51,442 bases of DNA, from positions 20,456 through 71,897 of the forward strand of contig CAZGGU010000001.1 in assembly GCA_964525395.1 (NCBI GenBank), written 5' to 3'. The DNA comes from an uncultured Gammaproteobacteria bacterium (GTDB taxonomy: Bacteria; Patescibacteriota; Microgenomatia; Levybacterales; UBA12049). The notes beneath the pieces are model-generated. The model saw only the letters and a list, made by a program, of their open reading frames with translations, was not told where the DNA came from and did not search any database. Below are positions 50,451 through 51,442 of the stretch, in pieces (the first letter of the stretch is position 1; each line of letters begins with the position of its first letter). Made by a program: the position numbers and the translations under genes.

Positions 50451-51442
50451 ATGAACAAGTTTTATATCACGACGCCAATTTATTATATTAATGACATTCC
50501 ACACATCGGCCATGGATATACAACTGTGGCAGCGGATATTATTGCAAGATATTATAAGCAAAAACTTGGAGAAGAAAATGTAATGTTTCTTACTGGAACT
50601 GATGAACATGGAGCTAAAATCGCGACAGCCGCTAAAGAAGCGAATAAAGAACCACAAGAATTCGCAGATGAGATCGTTCCAAAATTTCAAGAAGCTTGGA
50701 AATTACTCAATATAGATTATACTCACTTTTTTAGAACTACTGATCCAAAACATGAAAATCTAGTGCAGGAAATTCTTCAAAAAATTTATGACAAAGGATT
50801 TATTTATGAAGGAGTTTATGAAGGATTGTACTGCGAAGGTTGCGAAAAATTCTTAACAGAAACTGATTTAATTGATGGAAAATGCCCACTCCATCCAAAT
50901 AAAATTCCTAAATATCAAAAAGAAAAAAACTATTTCTTTAAACTCTCAGAATTTAAAACAGATTTAATTAATTGGTTTGAAAATGATGAAGTAATAATTT
51001 TACCTAAAAGCAAAAAGAATGAAATTCTGGGAAAACTGAGATCTGATGGACTAAAAGACATTGCGATTTCGAGAGAAGAAGTATCTTGGGGAATTCCAAT
51101 CCCTTGGGATAATAAGCAGACTATCTATGTTTGGGTCGAAGCACTGTTTAATTACTATACAGCCACCCAATTTTTAAATAAAGAGAGATTCTGGCCAGCA
51201 GATATTCACCTTATCGGCAAAGATATTCTTTGGTTTCACACTGTAATTTGGTGCGCTCTCTTAAAAGCAGCAGAGATAGATCGCCCAAAATCAGTCTTTG
51301 CTCATGGATTTTTTACTATTAATGGGGAAAAAATGTCTAAATCTCTAGGAAATTCCATCTCACCAAAAGAACTAGTTGATAAGTTCGGTGTAGATGCCAC
51401 TAGATATTTATTAGTCTCACAGTTTCCTTTCGGCCAAGATGG
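50451..51442 (+). CDS. metG: methionyl-tRNA synthetase, N-terminal part (runs off the window; absent from the ORF track)
   Basis: My translation from 50451 reads MNKFYITTPIYYINDIPHIGHGYTT... (HIGH motif), CEGCEKF...CPLH (zinc knuckle) and ...INGEKMSKSLGN (KMSKS). It is open to the window end. Confidence 0.93.
   Translation, partial: MNKFYITTPIYYINDIPHIGHGYTTVAADIIARYYKQKLGEENVMFLTGTDEHGAKIATAAKEANKEPQEFADEIVPKFQEAWKLLNIDYTHFFRTTDPKHENLVQEILQKIYDKGFIYEGVYEGLYCEGCEKFLTETDLIDGKCPLHPNKIPKYQKEKNYFFKLSEFKTDLINWFENDEVIILPKSKKNEILGKLRSDGLKDIAISREEVSWGIPIPWDNKQTIYVWVEALFNYYTATQFLNKERFWPADIHLIGKDILWFHTVIWCALLKAAEIDRPKSVFAHGFFTINGEKMSKSLGNSISPKELVDKFGVDATRYLLVSQFPFGQD

Noticed and set aside
50412-50690. 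92-aa minus-strand ORF
   Set aside because: It overlaps the start of the clearly recognisable metG frame (HIGH motif at about 50500) and the end of the membrane-protein gene. Its translation has no recognisable features.
1-51442. tRNA, rRNA, tmRNA, RNase P or SRP RNA genes
   Set aside because: I scanned the intergenic gaps for T-loop (GGTTCGAnnCC), RNase P (GAGGAAAGTCC) and SRP domain IV motifs on both strands and found none. This was by eye only; Infernal/tRNAscan should confirm.

Overview
This is a 51.4-kb, very gene-dense, low-GC bacterial chromosomal segment that uses the standard code (TGA is a stop). Minimal IF2 and HrcA, many small membrane or secreted hypotheticals, a sortase and an AMP/thymidine-phosphorylase-like gene suggest a small-genome Patescibacteria/CPR-like organism; this is inference only. 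All calls come from reading the ORF track and sequence by eye, with no homology search.

Layout:
- 1-5777 (+): alaS 3' end, a 759-aa bitopic protein, sortase, an untracked 48-aa ORF, a nucleoside phosphorylase and mltG.
- 5988-10558 (-): ytxH-like, DUF948-like, rodZ-like, ftsK and a glpX-like gene.
- 10676-20407: mixed accessory genes, including an ATPase-wHTH regulator, alkA-like, SDR, PEBP, DUF333, a GT-C-like membrane protein, MliC-like, a PolB-like exonuclease and small membrane proteins.
- 20388-30585 (-): an RNA-metabolism supercluster, nusA-infB-(dead DHH)-rpsO-pnp-(Lon-like AAA+)-rnj-unknown.
- 30667-33505 (-): lepB plus five exported proteins.
- 33566-42396: the most unusual region. 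The operon tatC-tatA-(1044-aa repeat surface protein with SH3b)-(PrsW-like) sits divergent from a compositionally atypical three-gene module of signal-less beta-rich proteins. That module abuts a polytopic protein with an internal twin-arginine signal and a TM/coiled-coil/SH3b protein.
- 42441-49414 (-): LigT-like, dnaJ, glmS and hrcA-grpE-dnaK with a CIRCE-like operator.
- 50451-end (+): metG 5' part.

tatA (59 aa), the 48-aa ORF and metG are absent from the ORF track. A recurring signal is a sigma70-type -10 box only 5-9 nt upstream of the ATG of operon-first genes, implying widespread leaderless mRNAs. I recognised no rRNA, tRNA, CRISPR array, transposase, integrase or reverse transcriptase.
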